A stretch of 64,000 nt of DNA from Hydrurus foetidus (Eukaryota): assembly GCA_900617105.1 (NCBI GenBank), contig UYFQ01000001.1, forward strand, positions 2,108,001-2,172,000. The letters are read 5' to 3'. The notes under the pieces were generated by a model, which was given only the letters and a program-made list of their open reading frames with translations, was not told where the DNA came from and made no database searches. Made by a program: the position numbers and the translations under genes. Shown piece after piece: positions 10,227 to 20,270 of this stretch. How positions within the stretch are numbered: the first letter of the stretch is position 1; every line of letters starts with the position of its first letter.

Positions 10227-11741
10227 TTACTTGCTCCCTTGCGTTTGGGATTGGGTTTGGGATTGGGTCTGCGATTGGGATTGCGACTGCGATTGCCCCG
10301 CCGTGTCGTCTTCCAAAATCCACGTGTCTTTGGTGCCGCCGCCCTGCGATGAATTGACCACCAGCGAGCCGTCTTTCAGCGCAACGCGGGTCAAGCCGCC
10401 GGGCACCATTTGCACTTCTTTCCCGCTCAATACAAACGGCCGCAAGTCGATGTGGCGCGGGGCAATGCCGCTTTCAACATACGTCGGGCAAGTCGACAGG
10501 CTGAGCGTAGGCTGGGCAATGTAGCCGGCCGGGTTGGCGATGACTGCTTTGCGAAATTCTTCAATCTCGGCTTTGGTGGCTGCCGGGCCGACCAGCATGC
10601 CATAACCTCCTGCGCCATGCACTTCTTTAACCACCAAATCTTTCAGGTTAGCCAGCGTGTACTTCAAGTCATCAGCGTTGCGGCACATGTAGGTGGGCAC
10701 GTTTTTCAAAATCGGCTTTTCGCCTAGGTAAAACTCAATCATTTTCGGCACGTACGGGTAAATGGATTTGTCGTCTGCCACGCCCGTGCCAATTGCGTTG
10801 CACAGCGCCACATTGCCGCTGCGGTACACATTGAGCAGGCCCGCGCAGCCCAGCGTTGACGTGGGCTTGAACGCCAGCGGGTCCAAAAAGTCGTCGTCTA
10901 CCCGGCGATAAATCACATCGACCCGCTTGGGGCCGCGCGTGGTGCGCATGTACACAAAGTTGTCTTTGACAAAAAGGTCCTGCCCCTCCACCAGCTCGAT
11001 TCCCATTTGCTGCGCTAAAAAGGCGTGCTCAAAATACGCAGAGTTGTACATGCCGGGCGTCAGCACCACCACGGTGGGGTCGGCTGTGGCGGGCGGTGCG
11101 GATGCGCGCAGCGTTTCAAGCAGCAAGTCGGGGTAGTGCGCGACTGGGGTCACGCGGTTTTCGTTGAACAGTTCAGGGAAAAGCCGCATCATCATTTTGC
11201 GGTCTTCCAGCATGTAGCTCACGCCGCTGGGCACGCGCAAGTTGTCTTCCAGCACGTAATACTCACCAGCGCCCGTGGCGTCGGGCGCGCGAACAATGTC
11301 GATGCCGCTGATGTGCGAATACACGTTGCCGGGTACATCCACCCCCATCATTTCAGGGCGAAACTGCGCGTTTTGAAAAATCTGCTCAGACGGCACAATG
11401 CCAGCCTTCAAAATGTCTTGTCCGTGGTACACGTCATGAATGAAGCGGTTGAGGGCGGTAACGCGCTGCACCAAGCCACGCTCCATCGTTGCCCACTCGT
11501 GCGCAGGAATGATGCGGGGAATCAAGTCGAAAGGAATCAAACGTTCGGTGCCTGCGCCGTCTTCGTCTTTTTCGCCGTACACAGCAAAGGTAATGCCGAC
11601 CCGGCGAAAAATCATTTCAGCTTCAGCCCGCCGCGCCTGCATGCTGGCCAGCGGCTGGCGCGCCAGCCAGCGCTGGTAAATTTGGTAATGCTCGCGCACC
11701 GCTTCAGGGCTGGCGTTCATCTCATCAAACATCGGGGTCAT
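10227..11741 (-). CDS. Circularly permuted type 2 ATP-grasp protein
   Basis: GITF...PFDLIPR, VLEDNLRVPSGVSY, VIYRRVDD, VVNSSQGGGTKDTW; SQ/TQ tail; GGAG upstream of ATG 11741. Confidence 0.92.
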   Translation of the reverse strand: MTPMFDEMNASPEAVREHYQIYQRWLARQPLASMQARRAEAEMIFRRVGITFAVYGEKDEDGAGTERLIPFDLIPRIIPAHEWATMERGLVQRVTALNRFIHDVYHGQDILKAGIVPSEQIFQNAQFRPEMMGVDVPGNVYSHISGIDIVRAPDATGAGEYYVLEDNLRVPSGVSYMLEDRKMMMRLFPELFNENRVTPVAHYPDLLLETLRASAPPATADPTVVVLTPGMYNSAYFEHAFLAQQMGIELVEGQDLFVKDNFVYMRTTRGPKRVDVIYRRVDDDFLDPLAFKPTSTLGCAGLLNVYRSGNVALCNAIGTGVADDKSIYPYVPKMIEFYLGEKPILKNVPTYMCRNADDLKYTLANLKDLVVKEVHGAGGYGMLVGPAATKAEIEEFRKAVIANPAGYIAQPTLSLSTCPTYVESGIAPRHIDLRPFVLSGKEVQMVPGGLTRVALKDGSLVVNSSQGGGTKDTWILEDDTAGQSQSQSQSQTQSQTQSQTQGSK

Positions 11742-11757
11742 GCGCTTCGTCTCCAAT

Positions 11758-11797
11758 TTCGGCTGCGTTCGGCTATGTTCGGCTGCGTTCGACTACT
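11758..11797. repeat. 10-bp tandem repeat x4 (ttcggctgcg-like) in the 5' leader of the ATP-grasp operon
   Basis: ttcggctgcg ttcggctatg ttcggctgcg ttcgactact. Confidence 0.85.
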
Positions 11798-11830
11798 GCA
11801 GACCGTAGCCTGCTTTTATGGATAGAGCTT

Positions 11831-11847
11831 AGCAAGTTATGCGCCCA
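11831..11847 (-). promoter_or_regulatory. Putative sigma54 (-24/-12) promoter of ATP-grasp/alpha-E/TGase operon
   Basis: Minus strand GGGCGC-ATAAC-TTGCT, GG-N10-GC spacing. Confidence 0.55.
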
Positions 11848-11897
11848 ATTTAGAGCCGCGCCCGCCTGTGCAGGGTATTTATTCTGCGGCGTGGTGA

Positions 11898-14552
11898 CTA
11901 TTGCGCCGAATGGTGCCAGTACCGCTTGGCAAGTTGGCGGTTGCATTGCCACTGGCCCGGGGCATCGGTATTGAAAGTCACCGCTCCGCAAACTGGTGAC
12001 TTCAACACCGTGATGCCGCGCTCATCATAGCGCGCCAACACTGAATCAACCGGGTGGCTAAACCGGTTCTTGTAGCCCGCTTGCGCAACGGCAACGCGCG
12101 GCTGCACGGCGTCTAAAAACGCTCCGGTCGATGAGGTTTTGCTGCCGTGGTGCGGCATGAGCAGCACATCGGCTTTGAGTTTGGGCAGCATTAATGGGTC
12201 GGCCACCAAACGCAGCTCTTGCGCGGCTTCTAAATCTCCGGCCAAAAGCACAGTTTGCGTGCCGTTTGAAATGCGCAGCACGCAGCTCATGGCGTTTGAT
12301 TTATTGGCTACGTCATAGTCGGCGGCTTGCGGGTGCAGCACTTCAAAGTCAACGGCGTCCCAGGTCCAAGATTGCCCGGCTATGCAGCGCTCAGACTTGC
12401 GCACGGCTTGCAGCTCGTGGCTGTCTTCAATCGAGCTGACCAGGCGCGCTTGCGGTTGCATGGCCAGCACGGCGGGTGCACCGCCAATGTGGTCGCTGTC
12501 GCGGTGGCTGAGCATCAACATATCTACCTTGGCACCGAGTGCCCGCAGCAGCGGCACCAGCACGCGGTTACCGGCGTCACTTTCGCGTGAAAATTTAGGC
12601 CCGGTGTCGTACACCAACGTGTGGCTGTGGGTGCGCACAATCAGCGCGTTGCCCTGCCCAATATCGGCGGCTAACACCTCAAAGTGCCCCAGCGACGGCA
12701 GTACCGGTTGCCACAATATGACAGGCAACAGCAACGGCACACCCAGCAGCCGGGTGGGCCAAGGCAAGCGCATGGCTACCAGCGCGCCGCCTGCCACCCC
12801 AACTACCGCGCACCACAGCGGCGCAGCGGCCACACTGACCGTTGCCAGCGGCCAGCTTGCCATGGTTTGCAACACCGCTGTCAGCACGCCGAGGGCCATG
12901 GCCGCTGCGTCCCACACGGGCGCCCACAGCGCGCCGAGCAACGCCAGCGGCGTGACCACCAGCGTGACCCACGGAATCGCGACGGCGTTGGCCAGCAAGC
13001 CCACCAGCGACACCTGATTGAACAGCAGCAAAGTCAAAGGCGTTAGCGCGAGGGTGATCACCCACTGCTGGCGCGCCACATCGCCCAAGCCGCTGACGGC
13101 TTTGCTCAAACCAGCGGCAATTAAGGTTAATTTAGGGCCAAAACCAGTATCTTTTAGGCCCATAGCCGAATAAATACGGGCGCGAGCAGCTCCTAAACTA
13201 ATAGCGATTGTGGAGTCGCCGTGGTCGGCGGTGCGCTGCGAACCCGGCGCGGGCGAAGCCGCAAACAAAATCCCCACTGCTACAAAAGACAACCAAAAAC
13301 CAGCCTGCGTCAAAGCCCAAGGGTCAATCGCCACCACCACCGCCATGGCCAGCAGCCACACCATTTGCCACGGCCACTGCCGACCGCTTAAGCGCAGCAG
13401 CACCACCGTGCCGAGCATCCACACCGTGCGCTGCGCAGGCAAGCCCCAGCCTGAAAACAGCGAATACATCACCGCCAACAGCAGGCCGCCGAGTGCCCCG
13501 GCGCTGACTGCAGGCAGTGCGTGGCACAGCGCGGGCGTAAATTTTGCCGACCGCCGCCACAGCCATGCAATTAACAGCGCGGCGGCCCAGGCAAACATGG
13601 TGATGTGCAGACCTGAAATGCTCATCAAATGTGCGACCCCAGTGGCCCTGAATACATCCCAATCAGCGCGTTCAATCGCGTTTTGGTCACCCACCACCAG
13701 CGCCGCCAGCACGCCTGCGGTTTGGCGGTTTTCAATGCGATTAAAAATCGCCTCGCGCACGGTCTGGCGAGCACGCTCAACCGGGTGCGCCCAGGTGGCC
13801 TGCAGTTTTTTAGGTGGCGCTTCCTGGCTGCTGGTGCGCACGTAGCCGGCGGCTTGAATGCCCTGCTCCCACAGCCACAGTTCGTAGTCAAACCCGTGCG
13901 GGTTGCTGTTGCCGTGCGGCGCTTTCAGGCGCACCGTCATTTGCCAGTTTTCGCCCGCGCGCAGCGGTTGCGGCTGGCGCTTCAGTTCAAGCGAAAACTC
14001 CGGTGCCTGGGGTTCGGTTTCTTCACGCTGAATGATGTCCAGCCGGGCAGTTTTGGCCGGGCGCACGCCAAAGCCAAAGTACCAACCCAGTTGCAGGCGC
14101 GGCGGCAGTGCGACGGGCTGCCCATTTAACGTTGCGCTGGCTACGTCTAGCCGAAACCGTACACCGTCTTCACCAAATTGCGGCATGGCGGCAACTTGCC
14201 CGGTGACCACAATGTCTTGGCCTTCCAGCGCGGGGTTTAGCGCCGCGCTGGCAAATGCGCTGGCCCGCCAGCCGGTCAGGCCAAAACCCAAGGCGCACGA
14301 CAGCGCTACAGCTAGCACCACGCTCGCCAATGGCCTTAGTCGTTGCTGCCACAAAAATAGCGCCAGTAAAAAGACCAGCGCTGCAGCGCTTGCCCCCGCG
14401 TAAAACTGCGCGTCGAAAAGCGCGGCCTGCTGCAACTGCAGCGCCGTGCCCACCACGGACCCTAGTAGCGCAGGGCCGAGCAGCGCCGCCAGTGCGCGGG
14501 GCGGGGCGCTCGGCAGTGCGATTGACGAAGACTTAAAGGGCAAGGGCAGCAA
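11898..14552 (-). CDS. comEC: DNA internalization competence protein ComEC/Rec2 (start uncertain)
   Basis: NPHGFDYE, HLMSISGLH, GFWLSF, DIGQG, SHRDSDHIGG, PHHGSKTSS. Confidence 0.93.
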   Translation of the reverse strand: MLPLPFKSSSIALPSAPPRALAALLGPALLGSVVGTALQLQQAALFDAQFYAGASAAALVFLLALFLWQQRLRPLASVVLAVALSCALGFGLTGWRASAFASAALNPALEGQDIVVTGQVAAMPQFGEDGVRFRLDVASATLNGQPVALPPRLQLGWYFGFGVRPAKTARLDIIQREETEPQAPEFSLELKRQPQPLRAGENWQMTVRLKAPHGNSNPHGFDYELWLWEQGIQAAGYVRTSSQEAPPKKLQATWAHPVERARQTVREAIFNRIENRQTAGVLAALVVGDQNAIERADWDVFRATGVAHLMSISGLHITMFAWAAALLIAWLWRRSAKFTPALCHALPAVSAGALGGLLLAVMYSLFSGWGLPAQRTVWMLGTVVLLRLSGRQWPWQMVWLLAMAVVVAIDPWALTQAGFWLSFVAVGILFAASPAPGSQRTADHGDSTIAISLGAARARIYSAMGLKDTGFGPKLTLIAAGLSKAVSGLGDVARQQWVITLALTPLTLLLFNQVSLVGLLANAVAIPWVTLVVTPLALLGALWAPVWDAAAMALGVLTAVLQTMASWPLATVSVAAAPLWCAVVGVAGGALVAMRLPWPTRLLGVPLLLPVILWQPVLPSLGHFEVLAADIGQGNALIVRTHSHTLVYDTGPKFSRESDAGNRVLVPLLRALGAKVDMLMLSHRDSDHIGGAPAVLAMQPQARLVSSIEDSHELQAVRKSERCIAGQSWTWDAVDFEVLHPQAADYDVANKSNAMSCVLRISNGTQTVLLAGDLEAAQELRLVADPLMLPKLKADVLLMPHHGSKTSSTGAFLDAVQPRVAVAQAGYKNRFSHPVDSVLARYDERGITVLKSPVCGAVTFNTDAPGQWQCNRQLAKRYWHHSAQ
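13141..13205 (-). repeat. Family A element, intragenic (comEC)
   Basis: ggcccata gccg aataaatac gggcgcgagca gctcctaaactaatagc; peptide AISLGAARARIYSAMGLK. Confidence 0.92.
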
Positions 14553-14691
14553 TCAGCAGGGAAATGGTATCGATAGTGGTCAATGTGCGGTGAGCTTTAG
14601 TGCACATCAATCGTGAGGGCCGGCTGAATTGCTTGGGCAAGGTGCCAACATTTAACGGTTAACCCCGCAAATTAGCCGACAAGCGATGATT

Positions 14692-14707
14692 TGGCACCCA
14701 TGTTGCT
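14692..14707 (+). promoter_or_regulatory. Sigma54 (-24/-12) promoter
   Basis: TGGCAC-CCATG-TTGCT matches TGGCAC-N5-TTGCW, about 65 bp upstream of the start. Confidence 0.75.
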
Positions 14708-14771
14708 TGACAATACATCTCTGCCTATCGGGGCTGCCAGCCGCCCATTTTTTGAATAAAGCGAGACCACT

Positions 14772-17700
14772 TTGTCCATTCACGTTGCCCTCAGCCACAT
14801 CACGCATTACACGTACGACCGCACGGTTACGCTGGGCCCGCAAATTGTGCGCTTGCGCCCGGCACCGCACAGCCGAACGCAAATTTTGTCGTATTCGCTA
14901 AAAGTTGAGCCGCTGGACCATTTTTTGAACTGGCAGCAAGACCCGTTTGCCAACTATCAGGCGCGGCTGGTGTTCCCCACGCCCACCAAAGAATTTAAAG
15001 TCACGGTCGATATGGTGATCGACATGGTCACGCTGAACCCGTTTGACTTTTTTCTGGAGCCTGAGGCCGAAGAATTTCCGTTTAAATATTCAGAAAGCAT
15101 GGCGCGTGAACTGGCGCCGTATTTGGTTACTGAGCCCGCCACGCCGCTGGTCAAAGCATATTTGGAAAAAATCGACCTGACCCCGCGCCGCACCAACGAC
15201 TTTTTGGTCAGCGTGAACCAGCAGCTGCAAAAAGACATCAAGTACACCATTCGCATGGAGCCCGGCGTGCAAACGCCCGAGCAAACGCTAGCACTCGCAC
15301 TGGGCTCGTGCCGCGACACCGGCTGGCTGCTGGTGCAACTGCTGCGCCACATGGGGTTGGCGGCGCGGTTTGTATCGGGGTATTTGATTCAATTAAAGGC
15401 CGACGTTAAGTCGCTCGACGGCCCCAGCGGAACTGAAAAAGACTTCACTGACTTACATGCGTGGGCCGAAGTGTTTTTGCCCGGCGCCGGCTGGGTGGGG
15501 CTTGACCCTACTTCGGGCCTGATGGCCGGCGAAGGCCACATACCGCTGGCCTGCACGCCCGAGCCATCAAGCGCAGCGCCGATTGAAGGCGGCGTCGATG
15601 AATCTGAAGTCGTTTTTACCCACCACATGGGCGTGCAGCGCATTGTTGAAACACCGCGCGTCACGCTGCCATATTCGGACGACCAATGGGCGAAGGTACT
15701 GGCGCTGGGAGAAGCGGTTGACCGCGATTTGGTCAAAGGCGATGTGCGCCTGACGATGGGTGGCGAGCCTACTTTTGTAGCGACCAACGACCGCGACGCC
15801 GCCGAATGGAACATTGACGCGCTAGGCCCCACCAAACGCGGCTACGCGACTGAGCTGGTGCAAAAACTGCGAGCCGAATATGGCCAGGGCGGCTTTTTGC
15901 ATTTTGGCCAGGGCAAGTGGTACCCCGGCGAGCAGTTGCCGCGCTGGGCGCTCAGCATCTTCTGGCGCAAAGACGGCCAGCCCATCTGGAAAAACGCCGC
16001 ACTGTTTGCCAACGAATCCGAGCCCTGCAACTACACCGCACAAGACGCCGCCCGCTTTACCGCCACGCTGGCAGACAAGCTGGGCCTGGCGCCCGACTTC
16101 ATCACCCCCGGTTTTGAAGACACCTGGTACTACCTGTGGCGCGAGCGCCGTTTGCCGGTCAATGTTGACCCCTTTAACTCAAAATTAGACGACGCAATGG
16201 AGCGCGACCGCTTGCGCCGTGTGTTCATGCAGGGGCTGGATTCAGTGGTGGGCTACGTGTTGCCGCTTAAGGCACCTGAGGCGGGCAAAACCAGCCCGCT
16301 GGCTGGCCCGGCGTGGACAACCGGCCCCTGGTTCTTCAGGGACGAGCGCATGTACCTGATGCCCGGCGACTCGCCCATGGGCTACCGCCTGCCACTTGAC
16401 TCATTGGCGTGGGCATCCAAAACTGACAACCCCGGTTTGTTTGAAACCGACCCCTTTGCACCGCGTGGTGACCTGCCGCGTGCAGCCGCCATGGCATCGC
16501 GTTATTCTGGCAACGCAGTGGCAGAGCATGCAGCTGCCGACGCCAGGCGAGTCGATGCGTATCTTGACCGCATCATCAAAGGCGTGCCACCGAAGTACGA
16601 AGCCCGCCGCGTGATGCAGCCTGCTACCGCCGCTGCGCCCATGCTGTCGCAAACAACTGATGCCACGCCCCGCATGCCCAATGCGTTTGAGTCTGCCGCG
16701 TGGCTAACCCGCACTGCCCTGTGCGTGGAAGTGCGTGACCCGAAACGCGCGAACGGGCCAAAGGCCAAACCAGACACCAGCCGCCCCGGTAAAGTCATCC
16801 CTGAAAAAGGCGCGCTGTATATCTTCATGCCACCCATGGAGCGCCTGGAAGATTACCTCGACTTGCTCACGGCAATTGAAGCCACAGCGCAAACGCTGGG
16901 CGTGAGCATCGTGCTCGAAGGCTACCCGCCACCGCGCGACCATCGCCTGAAAATGCTTGCTGTCACGCCGGACCCTGGCGTGATTGAAGTCAACATTCAC
17001 CCCGCTTACAACTGGAAAGAGCTGGTCGCCCACACCGAGTTTTTGTACGACATCGCACACAAAACGCGCCTGTCAGCTGAAAAATTCATGGCCGACGGCC
17101 GCCACTCCGGCACTGGCGGCGGCAACCACTTTGTATTGGGCGGCGCCACGCCAGCAGACAGCCCCTTTTTGCGCAAGCCCGAAGTGCTGGCCAGCCTGGT
17201 GGCGTACTGGCACAACCACCCGTCACTCAGCTACTTGTTCTCAGGCATGTTCATCGGCCCCACCAGCCAGGCACCGCGCATTGATGAGGCGCGCAATGAT
17301 CAGTTGTATGAGCTTGAAATCGCGATTCGTGAAATCAGCGCCAACCGTGAAAAGTACGGCCAACAAATGCCACCGTGGATTGTTGACCGCACGCTGCGGA
17401 ACATTTTGGTCGACGTGACCGGCAACACCCACCGCAGTGAGTTTTGCATCGACAAACTCTATTCACCCGACTCCGCCACAGGGCGCTTGGGCCTGCTGGA
17501 GCTGCGCGCGTTTGAAATGCCACCACACGCCCGCATGAGCATTGCGCAGCAGTTGCTGTTAAGAGCACTCGTCGTGCGTTTTTGGAACAAGCCCTACATG
17601 GGCGCCACCAACAGCTTGACCCGCTGGGGCACTGAGCTGCACGACCGCTTTTTGCTGCCGAGCTTTGTTCGCATGGATTTTGAAGACGTGCTGACGGAGC

Positions 17701-18293
17701 TGACTGAAGCAGGCTACCCGTTTGACATGGCCTGGTTTGAGCCGCACTTTGAGTTCCGCTTTCCTGTCATTGGGCAAGTCAAGGTCAACGGCATTGAGCT
17801 GACATTGCGCAGTGCGCTCGAGCCATGGCACGTGATGGGCGAAGAAGGCTCATCAACCGGCACCGCGCGCTATGTCGATTCATCGTTAGAGCGGGTCGAG
17901 GTGCGCGTGACGGGCCTGAACAACAGCCGCTACGTCGTCACCGTCAATGGCCGCGCAATGCCGCTGCAAAACACCGGCACGGTCGGCGAATATGTGGCCG
18001 GCGTGCGCTACAAGGCCTGGAACCCGCCATCGTCACTGCACCCATCGATTGGCTTGCATGCACCCCTGACGTTTGACATTGTTGACACCTGGATGGAACG
18101 CTCATTGGGCGGCTGCCAATACCACGTGGCACACCCGGGCGGCCTGAGCCCCACCAACTTGCCCGTCAATTCCTACGAAGCAGAAAGCCGCCGCCTGGGC
18201 CGTTTTTTGCAGATGGGTCACACACCCGGCAAGATGAAAGTAGCGCCAGCGCAAGTCAATCGTGAATTTCCGTTCACGCTTGACTTGCGTTGA
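14772..18293 (+). CDS. Large transglutaminase + DUF2126 (putative amidoligase) fusion protein
   Basis: MSIHVALSHITHYTY, GSCRD, LHAWAE, GLDPTSG, LTMGGEPTFV, HFGQGKWYPGE, TGGGNH, EFPFTLDLR. Confidence 0.9.
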   Translation: MSIHVALSHITHYTYDRTVTLGPQIVRLRPAPHSRTQILSYSLKVEPLDHFLNWQQDPFANYQARLVFPTPTKEFKVTVDMVIDMVTLNPFDFFLEPEAEEFPFKYSESMARELAPYLVTEPATPLVKAYLEKIDLTPRRTNDFLVSVNQQLQKDIKYTIRMEPGVQTPEQTLALALGSCRDTGWLLVQLLRHMGLAARFVSGYLIQLKADVKSLDGPSGTEKDFTDLHAWAEVFLPGAGWVGLDPTSGLMAGEGHIPLACTPEPSSAAPIEGGVDESEVVFTHHMGVQRIVETPRVTLPYSDDQWAKVLALGEAVDRDLVKGDVRLTMGGEPTFVATNDRDAAEWNIDALGPTKRGYATELVQKLRAEYGQGGFLHFGQGKWYPGEQLPRWALSIFWRKDGQPIWKNAALFANESEPCNYTAQDAARFTATLADKLGLAPDFITPGFEDTWYYLWRERRLPVNVDPFNSKLDDAMERDRLRRVFMQGLDSVVGYVLPLKAPEAGKTSPLAGPAWTTGPWFFRDERMYLMPGDSPMGYRLPLDSLAWASKTDNPGLFETDPFAPRGDLPRAAAMASRYSGNAVAEHAAADARRVDAYLDRIIKGVPPKYEARRVMQPATAAAPMLSQTTDATPRMPNAFESAAWLTRTALCVEVRDPKRANGPKAKPDTSRPGKVIPEKGALYIFMPPMERLEDYLDLLTAIEATAQTLGVSIVLEGYPPPRDHRLKMLAVTPDPGVIEVNIHPAYNWKELVAHTEFLYDIAHKTRLSAEKFMADGRHSGTGGGNHFVLGGATPADSPFLRKPEVLASLVAYWHNHPSLSYLFSGMFIGPTSQAPRIDEARNDQLYELEIAIREISANREKYGQQMPPWIVDRTLRNILVDVTGNTHRSEFCIDKLYSPDSATGRLGLLELRAFEMPPHARMSIAQQLLLRALVVRFWNKPYMGATNSLTRWGTELHDRFLLPSFVRMDFEDVLTELTEAGYPFDMAWFEPHFEFRFPVIGQVKVNGIELTLRSALEPWHVMGEEGSSTGTARYVDSSLERVEVRVTGLNNSRYVVTVNGRAMPLQNTGTVGEYVAGVRYKAWNPPSSLHPSIGLHAPLTFDIVDTWMERSLGGCQYHVAHPGGLSPTNLPVNSYEAESRRLGRFLQMGHTPGKMKVAPAQVNREFPFTLDLR

Positions 18294-18322
18294 CGCATTT
18301 GGGATAACGCCTAAGTGACGAT

Positions 18323-19234
18323 TTAAGCGACGCCGTTGGCTTTGAACCACGAGAGCGCGCGCTTGAATCCGTCATCAGCCGCTTCCTTGCGGTAGCTTGG
18401 CCGGTAGTCCGCATGAAACGCATGTGGCGCATCGGGGTACACCACAAACTCTGATGCCTTGGCGGCTGCGTTGCCCTTGCCGCCCGCATCAGCCAAGGCT
18501 GCTTTCATTTGGTCAACCGTAGCCACCGGAATGCCGCCGTCTTGCCCGCCATACAGGCCCAGCACAGGTGCCTTGATTTGCGCCGCCAAGTCCAGCGGGT
18601 GCTTCGGCGTCAGTTCTGCTGGCTGGCCCACCAAGCGGCCATACCAGGCCACACCGGCTTTAACGTTGGCGCTTTGCTCGGCGTACAGCCAAGTAATGCG
18701 GCCACCCCAGCAAAAGCCGGTGATGCCAACCTTCTTCAAATCTCCGCCGTTGGCACCGGCCCACTTCACAGCGCCATCCAGGTCCGCCATGACTTGTGCA
18801 TCAGGCACTTTAGACACCACCTCAGCCATCAGCTTGGCCATCTCGCCATACTTGGTCGGGTCGCCTTGGCGCGCAAACAACTCAGGCGCAATGGCCAGAT
18901 AACCCGCCTGCGCAAAGCGCCGTGCCGTGTCAGCAATGTATTCATGCACGCCAAAGATTTCCTGAATCACCAAAATCACCGGCAAGTTGGTTTTGCCAGC
19001 AGGCGCAGCGTAAAAGGCGGGCACCTTAAAGCCGTTAACTTCAAAAGTGGTTTCACCAGTTTTGAGTCCATCAGACGACGTTTTAATAGCCGTCTGCGCC
19101 ATGATGGGCATGGCAGTGGCAGCGTAGCCCACGCCGAGTGCAACCTTTAAAGCGGTGCGGCGATTAGCACCAGCATCTGTGCTTTTGCCGGGAAGCAAGG
19201 AATCGAATTCGGCTTTTGAATCGTTAGTAAGCAT
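18323..19234 (-). CDS. Dienelactone hydrolase family protein (Tat-like signal)
   Basis: NRRTALK; QEIFG; GFCWGG; PHAFHADYRPSY. Confidence 0.92.
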   Translation of the reverse strand: MLTNDSKAEFDSLLPGKSTDAGANRRTALKVALGVGYAATAMPIMAQTAIKTSSDGLKTGETTFEVNGFKVPAFYAAPAGKTNLPVILVIQEIFGVHEYIADTARRFAQAGYLAIAPELFARQGDPTKYGEMAKLMAEVVSKVPDAQVMADLDGAVKWAGANGGDLKKVGITGFCWGGRITWLYAEQSANVKAGVAWYGRLVGQPAELTPKHPLDLAAQIKAPVLGLYGGQDGGIPVATVDQMKAALADAGGKGNAAAKASEFVVYPDAPHAFHADYRPSYRKEAADDGFKRALSWFKANGVA

Positions 19235-19337
19235 GGGTGTCCTTTGGTGGGTAAAGTTTGAGAATTGGAGCGGACAAAGTTTACGCATTTAGCTGAAAGT
19301 GTGCGGGTTGGAGGCAACACAACCCAACAAACAAAAC

Positions 19338-19402
19338 GCTATTGACTTTATAGCTGCCTGCGCACGTATCTATTGGGCTGAATCCCTTATATCTGGCGAA
19401 AA
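19338..19402 (+). repeat. Family A element, intergenic
   Basis: gctattgactttatagc tgcctgcgcac gtatctatt gggc tgaatccc. Confidence 0.9.
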
Positions 19403-19466
19403 TCGACGAAAAGTAGCGCCAATCACAGCAGCCAGCGCCTTATATGGTCGCTCGATCCGTACTGGC

Positions 19467-19673
19467 TTAGCTTTTTCGTTGCGCTTTGATATCCGCCACT
19501 AAGCTTTTGACCGTATCGTTTTTAAACAGCTCAACGCGCTCTTTCGTGTAATCGCCATTACCTGCTCTGAACTGATTTAAAAACCGCATGGCATCGATAG
19601 CGCCAAGTTCATTTATCAAGGCACTTTTTGCGCGGTGGGTTAGCTCGGCAATTGGTTGAATATGTACGCTCAT
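19467..19673 (-). CDS. Small partner protein of PIN toxin (putative antitoxin)
   Basis: ALINELGAIDAMRFLNQF...GDYTKER; ATGA overlap with the upstream PIN gene. Confidence 0.7.
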   Translation of the reverse strand: MSVHIQPIAELTHRAKSALINELGAIDAMRFLNQFRAGNGDYTKERVELFKNDTVKSLVADIKAQRKS

Positions 19674-20116
19674 TTTGTTAGCTCTGGCACCAGGCCTAAA
19701 AGAGTGATCACTTTGCAATTCAAGCCTGCAAGTGTTTGGGCTTTACGAAACAGCGCGTCGTCACAGGTACAAAAATAGTCGGCGTTTGCATGTGATGCCA
19801 ACGCCAAATGAATGGCGTCCATCGCGCAAATTCCACTTTGCTCAAACCCCTGTGCCGTAACTTCAATGCTGTCGGTTATCTCAAAGCGCTCGGACGCGAG
19901 CGTCAAAACAGAAAGCATTTCCGCCCTGCGGTCTGCGTCAGGAATACGCGCAATCTCGTGCTCAAGTGCCTCGGAGCTAATCAACTGCTGATCACCCGAT
20001 TGAACGGCAGCCAAAATGACGAAGACAGCTTCCGTTTCAACCCTAATCCGAGGATGCGTTTGGTCGTCTAGGGGATGCTGTAGGCACCAATTGTCGAGGT
20101 AAATCCGTGTAGCCAC
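19670..20116 (-). CDS. PIN domain protein
   Basis: RIYLDN...DDQTHPRIRVETEA...MDAIHLALA...DYFCTCDD. Confidence 0.85.
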   Translation of the reverse strand: MATRIYLDNWCLQHPLDDQTHPRIRVETEAVFVILAAVQSGDQQLISSEALEHEIARIPDADRRAEMLSVLTLASERFEITDSIEVTAQGFEQSGICAMDAIHLALASHANADYFCTCDDALFRKAQTLAGLNCKVITLLGLVPELTK

Positions 20117-20270
20117 ATTTTACGCTCGCAATTAACAGGACCCGATCGCTTAGCTATTTGACAGCACATATCTCGCTGCAACTTTAATTGGTCTATTGGC
20201 CGGGAAAGTATCCGCTCAAACCACTTGCAGGTCACCTCTCACACCGCGGCTGCTGCAACGACGCAAAACC

